Of a stretch of 64,000 nt of DNA, positions 37,593-46,570 are shown in pieces. The position numbers and the translations under genes are program-made. Location: contig DVGK01000112.1 in the NCBI GenBank assembly GCA_018712785.1, positions 399-64,398 of the forward strand. The letters run 5' to 3'. Each line of letters opens with the position of its first letter. The stretch's first letter is position 1. The notes beneath the pieces were generated by a model. That model was not told the DNA's origin and made no database searches. It saw nothing but the letters and a program-made list of their open reading frames with translations. This DNA is from Candidatus Choladousia intestinavium. GTDB taxonomy: Bacteria > Bacillota > Clostridia > Lachnospirales > Lachnospiraceae.

Positions 37593-37647
37593 AACGGACT
37601 CGACTCCGTCATTTCAAGGTTCGAATCCTTGTAGCCCTGTGAAAATG
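37593..37647 (+). repeat. Direct repeat copy 2 (orphan 3' part of tRNA-Gln, anticodon loop lacks one T)
   Basis: AACGGACTCGACTCCGTCATTTCAAGGTTCGAATCCTTGTAGCCCTGTGAAAATG. No matching 5' tRNA half lies upstream of it. Confidence 0.9.
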
Positions 37648-37652
37648 ATTGG

Positions 37653-37708
37653 CCGTTGCAAAGTCGTGAAATCAGGTTTTCCGGTGTGAGACTTTGCAGC
37701 GGTTTTTT
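37653..37708 (+). terminator. Probable ancestral tRNA-Gln terminator, now displaced by the insertion
   Basis: CCGTTGCAAAGTC ... GACTTTGCAGCGG stem followed by TTTTTT. Confidence 0.7.
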
Positions 37709-37785
37709 GCGATATAAAGAATCCCCTGGAAGACAGCAGTTCTCAAAAAAGGAGCTTTGGACTGCCTCGGGGAAGGAGAGAGAGT

Positions 37786-38517
37786 ATGGCATACGAATTT
37801 GAAAGCAGAGTCCGGTACAGTGAAACGGACATGGACAGGAAACTGACGATGGTTTCTCTGGTAAATTATTTCCAGGACTGCTCCACCTTTCAGTCGGAAG
37901 GGTGCGGCCATGGCCTGGTCGATTTAGCAAAACAGAACAGGGTGTGGATGGTGCTGTCCTGGCAGATTGACATCCTCCGGCTTCCTTCCCTGGGAGAAAA
38001 GATCCGGGTACAGACCTGGCCGTATATGTTTAAGGATTTTTACGGCATGAGAAATTTTGCATTGGCCCAGGAGGACGGCCAGTATCTTGCCAAGGCCAAC
38101 AGCGTCTGGGTGTTTATGAATCGGGAGACAGGGCGGCCCTGCAAGATCCTTCCGGAAAATATCGCCGGATATGAGATGGAGCCTAAGCTGGATATGGAAA
38201 ACGGCTCCAGAAAGATCCGGATGCCAGGGGAAGGAACGCCCCGGGAGCCCTTTCCTGTGGCCCGGCACCATCTGGACACCAATCACCATGTGAACAACTG
38301 CCAGTATATCAGCATGGCACAGGAATACCTCCCGGAAGCCTTCCAAACCTCCAGGCTCAGGGTTGAGTACCGGAAGCAGGCCCGCCTTCATGACAGGATT
38401 TTCCCCGTGGTATATCAGGAAGGCGGGAAGGTGACGGTTTCGCTGGGAGACGGGGAAGGACAGGCGTACGCGGTAGTGGAATTTATTCAGAAGGGAGAAG
38501 AGGGATGCTTCGCTTAG
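37786..38517 (+). CDS. Acyl-ACP thioesterase
   Basis: FESRVRYSETDMDRKLTMVSLVNYFQD...VWMVLSWQI...HLDTNHHVNN matches FatA/B-like bacterial acyl-ACP thioesterase motifs. Confidence 0.85.
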   Translation: MAYEFESRVRYSETDMDRKLTMVSLVNYFQDCSTFQSEGCGHGLVDLAKQNRVWMVLSWQIDILRLPSLGEKIRVQTWPYMFKDFYGMRNFALAQEDGQYLAKANSVWVFMNRETGRPCKILPENIAGYEMEPKLDMENGSRKIRMPGEGTPREPFPVARHHLDTNHHVNNCQYISMAQEYLPEAFQTSRLRVEYRKQARLHDRIFPVVYQEGGKVTVSLGDGEGQAYAVVEFIQKGEEGCFA

Positions 38518-39350
38518 GAGAAAAACAGACCCTTACGGCAGTAAAGAAAGTGGATTTCGGAATCTATCTGGCAGAGGAGGGACGGCCGGAGGAACGGGTT
38601 CTCCTTCCGAAGAAGGAGGTTCCGGCAGGGCTGGAAACAGGAGGGCAGGTTTCTGTATTTTTGTACAAGGATTCCAGGGACAGGCTGATCGCCACAGTGC
38701 GGGAGCCGGTCCTGACTCTTGGGAAAACGGCGGTGCTGAAGGTAAAAGAGGTGGGGAAGATCGGCGCCTTCTTGGACTGGGGCCTTGAGAAAGACCTGCT
38801 GCTTCCCTTCAGGGAGCAGACCGGAAAGCTTTATCCGGGGGAAGAGTGCCTTGTGGCCCTGTATATTGATAAAAGCTCACGGCTGTGCGCCACCATGCGG
38901 GTATATCCTTACCTGCTGAAAAATTCCCCGTATCAGGCCGGGGACGAGGTGGAAGGCAGAGTCTATGAGACAGGAGGAAATTTCGGCGTTTTTGTGGCGG
39001 TGGACGACTGCTACTCAGGAATGATTCCTAAACGGGAGGTACCGGAGGGGCTGCGGGCCGGAAATATCATCCGGGCCAGAGTGTCCGGGGTGAAGGAAGA
39101 CGGAAAGCTGGATCTGAGCATTCGGGATAAAGCATATATTCAGATCAAAGAAGACGCCCGGTATGTGCTGGAGGTTCTGGAGGAATATGAGGGAGTTCTT
39201 CCTTTTGACGACCGGGTCTCACCGGAGATCATCCGGCGTGAGTTCGGATTAAGCAAAAGCGCTTTCAAACGCGCGGTAGGAAGACTGCTGAAGCAGGATG
39301 AAATAGAAATATCAGGCGGAAAAATCCGCAGAAAAGGAGGACAAAAATGA
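38505..39350 (+). CDS. cvfB: S1-domain RNA-binding protein, CvfB/YitL family
   Basis: LGEKQTLTAVKKVDFGIYL, repeated S1-like modules, and a C-terminal winged-helix region (SKSAFKRAVGRLLK). Confidence 0.85.
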   Translation: MLRLGEKQTLTAVKKVDFGIYLAEEGRPEERVLLPKKEVPAGLETGGQVSVFLYKDSRDRLIATVREPVLTLGKTAVLKVKEVGKIGAFLDWGLEKDLLLPFREQTGKLYPGEECLVALYIDKSSRLCATMRVYPYLLKNSPYQAGDEVEGRVYETGGNFGVFVAVDDCYSGMIPKREVPEGLRAGNIIRARVSGVKEDGKLDLSIRDKAYIQIKEDARYVLEVLEEYEGVLPFDDRVSPEIIRREFGLSKSAFKRAVGRLLKQDEIEISGGKIRRKGGQK

Positions 39351-39721
39351 AAAGCATTATTAAGACAGACAAAGCCCCGGCGGCAATCGGACCGTATTCT
39401 CAGGCAGTGGAAGTAAATAAAATGGTGTATACGTCCGGCGTGATCCCTGTAAATCCCGGGACCGGGGAGATTCCAAAAGGAGTGAAGGAGCAGGCGTCGC
39501 AGGCCTTTTCTAATCTGAAGAATCTTCTGGAGGCAGCCGGATCCGGAATGGAGCAGGTGGTTAAGACAACGGTATTTATTAAGGAAATGAACGACTTCGG
39601 CGTAATCAATGAAATCTACGCGGAGTATTTTCCCGAGCCCTATCCGGCCCGTTCCTGTGTGGAAGTAGCAAGGCTTCCCAAGGATGTGCTTCTGGAAATT
39701 GAGGCAATAGCGACAAAATAA
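39347..39721 (+). CDS. ridA: RidA family (YjgF/L-PSP) enamine/imine deaminase
   Basis: KTDKAPAAIGPYSQAV...ARSCVEVARLPKDVLLEIEAIA. Confidence 0.92.
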   Translation: MKSIIKTDKAPAAIGPYSQAVEVNKMVYTSGVIPVNPGTGEIPKGVKEQASQAFSNLKNLLEAAGSGMEQVVKTTVFIKEMNDFGVINEIYAEYFPEPYPARSCVEVARLPKDVLLEIEAIATK

Positions 39722-39853
39722 AAAACAGGAGATTTCAGTAAAAGGGAAATAGTGCTGAATTTGCAAAAATTACTTGATTTTGCCTGGTTCGCGGGTTATA
39801 TTGTATGTGTACACAGAAATGAGTTTTGGAAAGATTGAAAGGGGATATTGAGT

Positions 39854-40087
39854 ATGAAAGTACAGAATATTAAGAATATCGAAAAGTTTTTTGAGGTTGT
39901 AGACGAGTGCAAAGGAAGAGTAGAGCTGGTAACCGGTGAGGGAGACAGACTGAACCTGAAGTCTAAGCTGAGCCAGTATGTATCTATGGCAAACATTTTC
40001 TCCAACGGTGAGATTCCGGAGCTGGAGATCATCGCGTATGAGAAGGAAGATATCGACCGTCTGATCAACTACATGATGAATGAGTAA
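39854..40087 (+). CDS. 77-aa conserved small protein, possibly a His15-less HPr/Crh-like fold
   Basis: RLNLKSKLSQYVSM and GEIPELEIIAYEKEDIDRLINYM align by eye with HPr VNLKSIMGVMSLG and GAEITISASGADENDAL. No His-Ala-Arg-Pro motif. The functional call is weak. Confidence 0.5.
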   Translation: MKVQNIKNIEKFFEVVDECKGRVELVTGEGDRLNLKSKLSQYVSMANIFSNGEIPELEIIAYEKEDIDRLINYMMNE

Positions 40088-40131
40088 ATAATATAGATTT
40101 TCGGCCGCGCACGCGGCGGCAGACCTGTATG

Positions 40132-40178
40132 AAAGCCCTTGGCTGTGGAAAAGCAATACCCCGGCCGAGGGCTTTTTG
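40132..40178 (+). terminator. Terminator upstream of dnaE
   Basis: AAAGCCCTTGGC ... GCCGAGGGCTTT stem followed by TTT. Confidence 0.55.
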
Positions 40179-40255
40179 GCATTGTAAATGAGAGGGAAAC
40201 ATGGTAAAGTGAAAATTACAGCAAAACAGCAACCAGAATTTCAGAGAGGAAAAAT

Positions 40256-43200
40256 ATGGCTCATTTTACACATTTACACGTCCATACAGAATACAGCCTT
40301 CTGGATGGAGCGAATAAAATAAAAGAATACGTGGCCAGGGTAAAGGAGCTTGGAATGGACAGCGCCGCTATTACGGACCATGGGGTGATGTACGGAGTGA
40401 TTGACTTCTATAAAGAGGCAAAAGCTGCCGGAATTAACCCTATCCTGGGATGTGAAGTGTATGTGGCGCCGGGCTCCAGATTTGACCGGGAGATCGGAGG
40501 AGGAGACGACCGGTATTACCATCTGGTTCTTCTGGCTGAGAACAACAAAGGGTACGCCAATCTGATGAAGCTGGTCTCCAAGGGCTTTGTGGAAGGCTTT
40601 TATTACAAGCCCAGGGTGGACATGGAGATTCTGAAGCAGTACAGCGAAGGGATTATCGCTCTGAGCGCCTGCCTGGCCGGGGAGGTCCAGAGGTATCTGG
40701 TAAGAGGGCTTTACCAGGAGGCCAAAGAGGCGGCTCTTAAGTATGAGAAAATTTTTGGAAAAGGAAACTATTTCCTGGAGCTCCAGGATCATGGCCTTCC
40801 GGAGCAGAAGCAGGTGAACCAACAGCTTCTGCGCCTGAGCCAGGAGCTGGGCATTGAGCTGGTGGCCACCAACGACGTCCACTACACCTACGCCCAGGAC
40901 GTGGAGCCCCACGATATCCTTCTTTGTATTCAGACGGGGAAAAAGCTGGCAGATGAGGACAGGATGCGGTATGAGGGAGGGCAGTATTACGTCAAATCCC
41001 CAAAGGAGATGGAGCAGCTCTTTGCCTATGCGCCCCAGGCGCTGGAAAATACCTGGAAGATTGCCGACCGGTGCCATGTGGAGATTGAATTCGGGGTGAC
41101 GAAGCTTCCCAAGTTTGACGTTCCGGCTCCCTACACCTCCTGGGAGTATCTGAATAAGCTGTGTTTTGAAGGGCTTAAGAGAGTCTATATCCAGGTGACC
41201 GATGAGCTGAAGAGCCGCCTGGAATATGAGCTTTCCGTCATCAAACAGATGGGGTATGTGGACTATTTCCTGATTGTATGGGATTTTATCCGCTACGCCA
41301 GAGAACACGACATTATGGTGGGGCCGGGAAGAGGCTCCGCAGCCGGGAGCCTGGTTTCCTATACCCTGGGCATCACCCAGCTGGATCCCATCCGGTACAA
41401 TCTGCTTTTTGAACGATTCCTGAATCCGGAGCGTGTGTCCATGCCGGATATTGATATTGACTTCTGTTTTGAGAGACGGCAGGAGGTTATCGACTATGTG
41501 GTGAGAAAGTACGGAAAAGACCGGGTGGTTCAGATTGTGACCTTTGGTACCATGGCGGCCAGAGGCGTCATCCGGGATGTGGGAAGGGTGATGGATCTCC
41601 CCTACGCCCTCTGCGACACCATCGCCAAGATGGTGCCCTCTGAGCTGAATATTACCATAGACCGGGCCCTGGAGATGAGCCGGGAGCTTCGGACCATGTA
41701 TGAGAATGACGAGCAGGTACACAAGCTCATCGAGATGTCCAAGCGCCTGGAGGGTCTGCCCCGGCATACGTCCATGCACGCGGCGGGCGTGGTGATCAGC
41801 CAGAAGGCTGTGGATGAGTACGTGCCCCTCTCCCGGGCGGCGGACGGAACCATCACCACCCAGTTCACCATGACCACCCTGGAGGAGCTGGGACTTCTGA
41901 AAATGGATTTCCTGGGACTGAGGACCCTGACTGTGATTCAGAACGCGGTGCGTCTCGCGGAAAAGAGCCATGGAATCAAAATTTCCATCTCAAAGATTGA
42001 CTACAATGACAAGAGGGTGCTGGACTCCATCGGAACGGGGAAGACAGAAGGGGTGTTCCAGCTGGAAAGCGCCGGGATGAAGAGCTTCATGAAGGAGCTG
42101 AAGCCCCAGAGCCTGGAGGATATTATCGCGGGAATATCTCTGTACCGCCCCGGCCCCATGGATTTCATTCCCCAGTATATCCGGGGAAAAAATCATCCGG
42201 AAACCATTACGTATGACTGTCCTCAGCTGGAGGAGATTCTGGAGCCTACCTACGGCTGCATTGTCTATCAGGAACAGGTAATGCAGATCGTCCGCTCTCT
42301 GGGAGGCTATACCCTTGGACGCAGCGACCTGGTACGCCGGGCCATGTCCAAGAAGAAGGCTTCTGTCATGGAGAAGGAGCGGCAGAACTTCGTATACGGG
42401 AACCAGGCGGAGGGAGTGCCCGGCTGTATCGCCAACGGTATCAGCGAAGAGGTGGCAAATAAAATCTATGACGAGATGATCGACTTCGCCAAGTACGCCT
42501 TTAATAAGTCCCACGCGGCCGCCTATGCGGTGGTCTCTTACCAGACGGCTTATCTGAAATATTATTATCCGGTGGAATTCATGGCGGCGCTTATGACCTC
42601 CGTAATTGAAAATCCTTCTAAGGTGGCGGAATATATTCTGAACTGCCGGCAGATGGGAATCCGGATCCTGCCTCCGGATATCAATGAAGGAGAAGGGGAT
42701 TTTTCTGTTAAGGGAAATGAGATCCGCTACGGCCTCTCTGCCATTAAGAGCATCGGCAAGCCGGTGATAGAGGCGATTCTTACGGAGCGCCGGGAGAGAG
42801 GCCCCTTCCGGAGCCTGAAGGACTTTATAGAGCGGCTTTCCGGAAAGGAAGTCAATAAAAGGACCATCGAAAGCTTTATTAAATCGGGAGCTATGGACAG
42901 CCTGGGCGGCACCAGAAAGCAGCTGATGCAGGTATACGCCGCCATCATCGAACAGGTGGCAAGAGAGAAAAAGAGCGGAGTGACGGGCCAGATGTCCCTT
43001 TTCGACCTGCTGGGGGAGGAGGATAAGAAGGAGTATGAGATCCAGCTTCCGCCGGTAGGAGAGTACGAGAAGGAACAGCTTCTGGCTTTTGAAAAAGAGG
43101 TTCTGGGAATCTATGTAAGCGGACATCCGCTGGAGAAGTACGAGGCGCTATGGAAGCGGGTGATCTCCAATGTCACTACAGACTTTCAGCTGGATGAGGA

Positions 43201-43708
43201 GACGGGACAGGCCAGGGTGCCGGATCAGGCAAGGGTAACTGTGGGAGGCATGATTGCCGGGAAAACAGTGAAATATACGAAGACCAATAAGACCATGGCT
43301 TTCCTGACCCTGGAGGATCTGGTGGGAAATGTGGAAATTGTGGTTTTTCCAAAGGATTATGAGACGTACGGCCCTTATCTGAAGGAGGAAAATAAGGTCT
43401 TTATCCGGGGCAGGGCAAGCAGCGAGGACGACAAGGCCAGCAAGGTGATCTGTGAAAAAATCTGGGGCTTTGATGAGGTTTCCAGAGAACTGTGGGTGCA
43501 GTTTCCTACTATGGAGGCATACCGGGACAAGGAGGACCAGCTGTTCGCCCTCCTTCGCCAGTCAGACGGGAAAGACCATGTAGCTATCTATGTCCGCAGT
43601 CCCAGAGCGGTGCGAAAGCTGGGGGATAACTGGACTGTGCAGGCGGATGAGGAAATGCTTTCCCGATTGGAGGCGCTGTTTGGTAAGGAGAATGTAAAGG
43701 TAAAGTAA
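40256..43708 (+). CDS. dnaE: DNA polymerase III alpha subunit (DnaE type)
   Basis: FTHLHVHTEYSLLDGA PHP N-terminus, MPDIDIDF catalytic motif, 1150 aa. Confidence 0.97.
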   Translation: MAHFTHLHVHTEYSLLDGANKIKEYVARVKELGMDSAAITDHGVMYGVIDFYKEAKAAGINPILGCEVYVAPGSRFDREIGGGDDRYYHLVLLAENNKGYANLMKLVSKGFVEGFYYKPRVDMEILKQYSEGIIALSACLAGEVQRYLVRGLYQEAKEAALKYEKIFGKGNYFLELQDHGLPEQKQVNQQLLRLSQELGIELVATNDVHYTYAQDVEPHDILLCIQTGKKLADEDRMRYEGGQYYVKSPKEMEQLFAYAPQALENTWKIADRCHVEIEFGVTKLPKFDVPAPYTSWEYLNKLCFEGLKRVYIQVTDELKSRLEYELSVIKQMGYVDYFLIVWDFIRYAREHDIMVGPGRGSAAGSLVSYTLGITQLDPIRYNLLFERFLNPERVSMPDIDIDFCFERRQEVIDYVVRKYGKDRVVQIVTFGTMAARGVIRDVGRVMDLPYALCDTIAKMVPSELNITIDRALEMSRELRTMYENDEQVHKLIEMSKRLEGLPRHTSMHAAGVVISQKAVDEYVPLSRAADGTITTQFTMTTLEELGLLKMDFLGLRTLTVIQNAVRLAEKSHGIKISISKIDYNDKRVLDSIGTGKTEGVFQLESAGMKSFMKELKPQSLEDIIAGISLYRPGPMDFIPQYIRGKNHPETITYDCPQLEEILEPTYGCIVYQEQVMQIVRSLGGYTLGRSDLVRRAMSKKKASVMEKERQNFVYGNQAEGVPGCIANGISEEVANKIYDEMIDFAKYAFNKSHAAAYAVVSYQTAYLKYYYPVEFMAALMTSVIENPSKVAEYILNCRQMGIRILPPDINEGEGDFSVKGNEIRYGLSAIKSIGKPVIEAILTERRERGPFRSLKDFIERLSGKEVNKRTIESFIKSGAMDSLGGTRKQLMQVYAAIIEQVAREKKSGVTGQMSLFDLLGEEDKKEYEIQLPPVGEYEKEQLLAFEKEVLGIYVSGHPLEKYEALWKRVISNVTTDFQLDEETGQARVPDQARVTVGGMIAGKTVKYTKTNKTMAFLTLEDLVGNVEIVVFPKDYETYGPYLKEENKVFIRGRASSEDDKASKVICEKIWGFDEVSRELWVQFPTMEAYRDKEDQLFALLRQSDGKDHVAIYVRSPRAVRKLGDNWTVQADEEMLSRLEALFGKENVKVK

Positions 43709-43768
43709 AGAGATTCCATATCCCCTGGGAAACCTTTACAAACCCCTTAAAATAGATTAAAATGATAA

Positions 43769-44776
<1,008 letters not shown>

Positions 44777-44793
44777 CGGGGAGAGTATACAGA

Positions 44794-45585
44794 ATGTCAG
44801 AGATAATCACAAGCATGTCCAATAGCCAGGTGAAAAACCTTGCTTCGCTCCAGGCCAGAGGCAGGGCCCGGAGCCAGCAGGGGCTTTTCGTGGCGGAGGG
44901 AATTAAAATGTACCGGGAAGCCCCGAAGGAGAGGCTTGCCGGTGTTTATGTGTCAGAGCGTTTTCTGGAAAAGTATGGCTCCGGGATCTTTGAGGAAAAA
45001 GGAATCGAGCCGGTGATCCTTTCAGACCGAGTTTTTTCCTCTGTCTCAGATACCAAGACGCCTCAGGGAATTCTCTGCCTGATCCGGCAGTTTTCCTATA
45101 CGCTGCCGCAGCTTCTTTCGGAGAATCCATTGATTCTGATTCTGGAAAATCTCCAGGATCCCGGCAACCTGGGGACTATCCTCCGCACAGGGGAGGGGGC
45201 CGGAGTGACCGGCATTCTTCTTTCGGAAGGATGCGTGGATATTTACAATCCAAAAGTAATCCGTTCCACCATGGGTTCCATTTACAGGATGCCTTTCTGC
45301 TATACAGAAAACCTTCCGGACAGCCTGGACTGGCTGAAAAAGCGGGGCGTGACCCTGTGCGCGGCCCATCTTGGCGGCGACCGGGCCTATGATCTGCAGG
45401 ATTACACCGGAAGCTGCGCCTTTCTGATCGGCAACGAGAGCAAAGGCCTGTCCGACCGGACAGCCGCCCTTGCGGATGTTTTGGTGAACATTCCCATGTA
45501 CGGCCAGGTGGAGTCCCTGAATGCTTCTGTAGCAGCGGCCGTGCTTATGTATGAGGCTTCCAGACAGCGCCGGAGGAAGGCTTAA
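44794..45585 (+). CDS. TrmH/SpoU-family RNA 2'-O-methyltransferase (RlmB-like)
   Basis: LENLQDPGNLGTILRTGEGAGV, IGNESKGLS and IPMYGQVESLNASVAAAVLMYE are SPOUT motifs. Confidence 0.88.
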   Translation: MSEIITSMSNSQVKNLASLQARGRARSQQGLFVAEGIKMYREAPKERLAGVYVSERFLEKYGSGIFEEKGIEPVILSDRVFSSVSDTKTPQGILCLIRQFSYTLPQLLSENPLILILENLQDPGNLGTILRTGEGAGVTGILLSEGCVDIYNPKVIRSTMGSIYRMPFCYTENLPDSLDWLKKRGVTLCAAHLGGDRAYDLQDYTGSCAFLIGNESKGLSDRTAALADVLVNIPMYGQVESLNASVAAAVLMYEASRQRRRKA

Positions 45586-45616
45586 CCCTTTTTCCGGTGC
45601 CATGAATATAAAAAAT

Positions 45617-45650
45617 GAATCCCCTGCTACGGAAGGGGATTCGTTTTTTT
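45617..45650. terminator. Bidirectional terminator between convergent methyltransferase and GT2 genes
   Basis: GAATCCCCT-GCTACGGA-AGGGGATTC stem with A-run and T-run flanks. It overlaps the GT2 stop codon. Confidence 0.7.
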
Positions 45651-46559
45651 AAACTGGTTCAAGGTCAGCTCAAACTGCTGACGGCTCTGCGCCTTTAATA
45701 CATTGAGAATCAGGCCGCTGCAGAGAAACAGCAGGGAGGCCATGGCGCCGAAGCCGCTGACGATCAGGGTGGGGAACTTCAGCACCAGTCCGGTCCTGCT
45801 GTATTCCGAAAGTACCGGTATAAACAGTCCCAGAGCCGCCAGAAACAGCACCAGGGAAATGCTGCCGAAGAACAGCAGCGGCCGGTAGTTCTTCAGCATA
45901 ATCAGGATTGTCTTCAGCACCCTGATTCCGTCCCGGAAGGTATTCAGCTTTGAGGTGGAGCCCTGGGGACGGTCCCGGTAATTGACTACAACGTTGTCGA
46001 TCAGCATGTTTTTATCGAGTGCGTGTATGGTCATCTCGGTTTCAATCTCAAAGCCATTGGAGAGAATCGGGCAGGTCTTCACAAAAAGATAGCTGAAAGC
46101 CCGGTATCCCGTCATAATATCCTGGATTTTATGCTCGAAAAAAATATGGATCATTCCCCTGACCATCCGGTTTCCCAGATTGTGGAAGGGCCGCTTGTTC
46201 TCGGAAAAATAGGTTGAGGATAGACGGTCTCCCACCACCATATCCGCGCCGCCCTCCAGAACGGCCCTGGCCATCTCCCTGGCATTTTCCGCCGGGTACG
46301 TATCATCTCCATCTACCATAAGATAACACCTGGCGTCGATTTCCCGGAACATGGTGCGCACAACGGCGCCTTTCCCCTGACGGCGCTCATACCGAACCAC
46401 AGCGCCGGCTTCCCTGGCTATGCGGTCGGTACCGTCGGTAGAATTATTATCGTACACGTAGATCACTGCCTCCGGCAGAGCTTTTTTGAAATCAGTGACA
46501 ACTTTTTCGATGGTTCCTGCCTCATTATAGCAGGGGATTAAAACTGCGATCTCGTCCAT
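45627..46559 (-). CDS. GtrB/CsbB/DPM1-like family-2 glycosyltransferase with two C-terminal TM helices (polyprenyl-phosphate sugar synthase type)
   Basis: AVLIPCYNEAGTI, YVYDNNSTDGT and LMVDGDDTY (DxD) motifs, with two C-terminal hydrophobic helices. ATG 46559 follows a GGAGGAAAAT-type SD; the longer ORF-track form overlaps the upstream gene. Confidence 0.85.
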   Translation of the reverse strand: MDEIAVLIPCYNEAGTIEKVVTDFKKALPEAVIYVYDNNSTDGTDRIAREAGAVVRYERRQGKGAVVRTMFREIDARCYLMVDGDDTYPAENAREMARAVLEGGADMVVGDRLSSTYFSENKRPFHNLGNRMVRGMIHIFFEHKIQDIMTGYRAFSYLFVKTCPILSNGFEIETEMTIHALDKNMLIDNVVVNYRDRPQGSTSKLNTFRDGIRVLKTILIMLKNYRPLLFFGSISLVLFLAALGLFIPVLSEYSRTGLVLKFPTLIVSGFGAMASLLFLCSGLILNVLKAQSRQQFELTLNQFKKTNPLP

Positions 46560-46570
46560 ATTTTCCTCCC

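Larger units (their letters stand above)
36618..37647 (+). mobile_element. About 1-kb AT-rich, integrase-less insertion at the 3' end of tRNA-Gln carrying a PIN-domain gene pair
   Basis: Bounded by the 55/56-nt direct repeat. Each repeat copy is followed by its own terminator (36620-36655 and 37653-37708). Composition is clearly AT-richer than the flanks. Confidence 0.7.

Noticed and set aside
40274-43126. Very long antisense ORFs (565 aa at 40274-41971 and 378 aa at 41990-43126, minus strand) opposite dnaE.
   Set aside because: They lie opposite an unmistakable, full-length dnaE. Their translations are low-complexity (Gly/His/Pro/Leu/Arg-rich) with no recognisable motifs, SD or sensible start context. 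They are typical shadow ORFs of a gene with GC-rich third positions.
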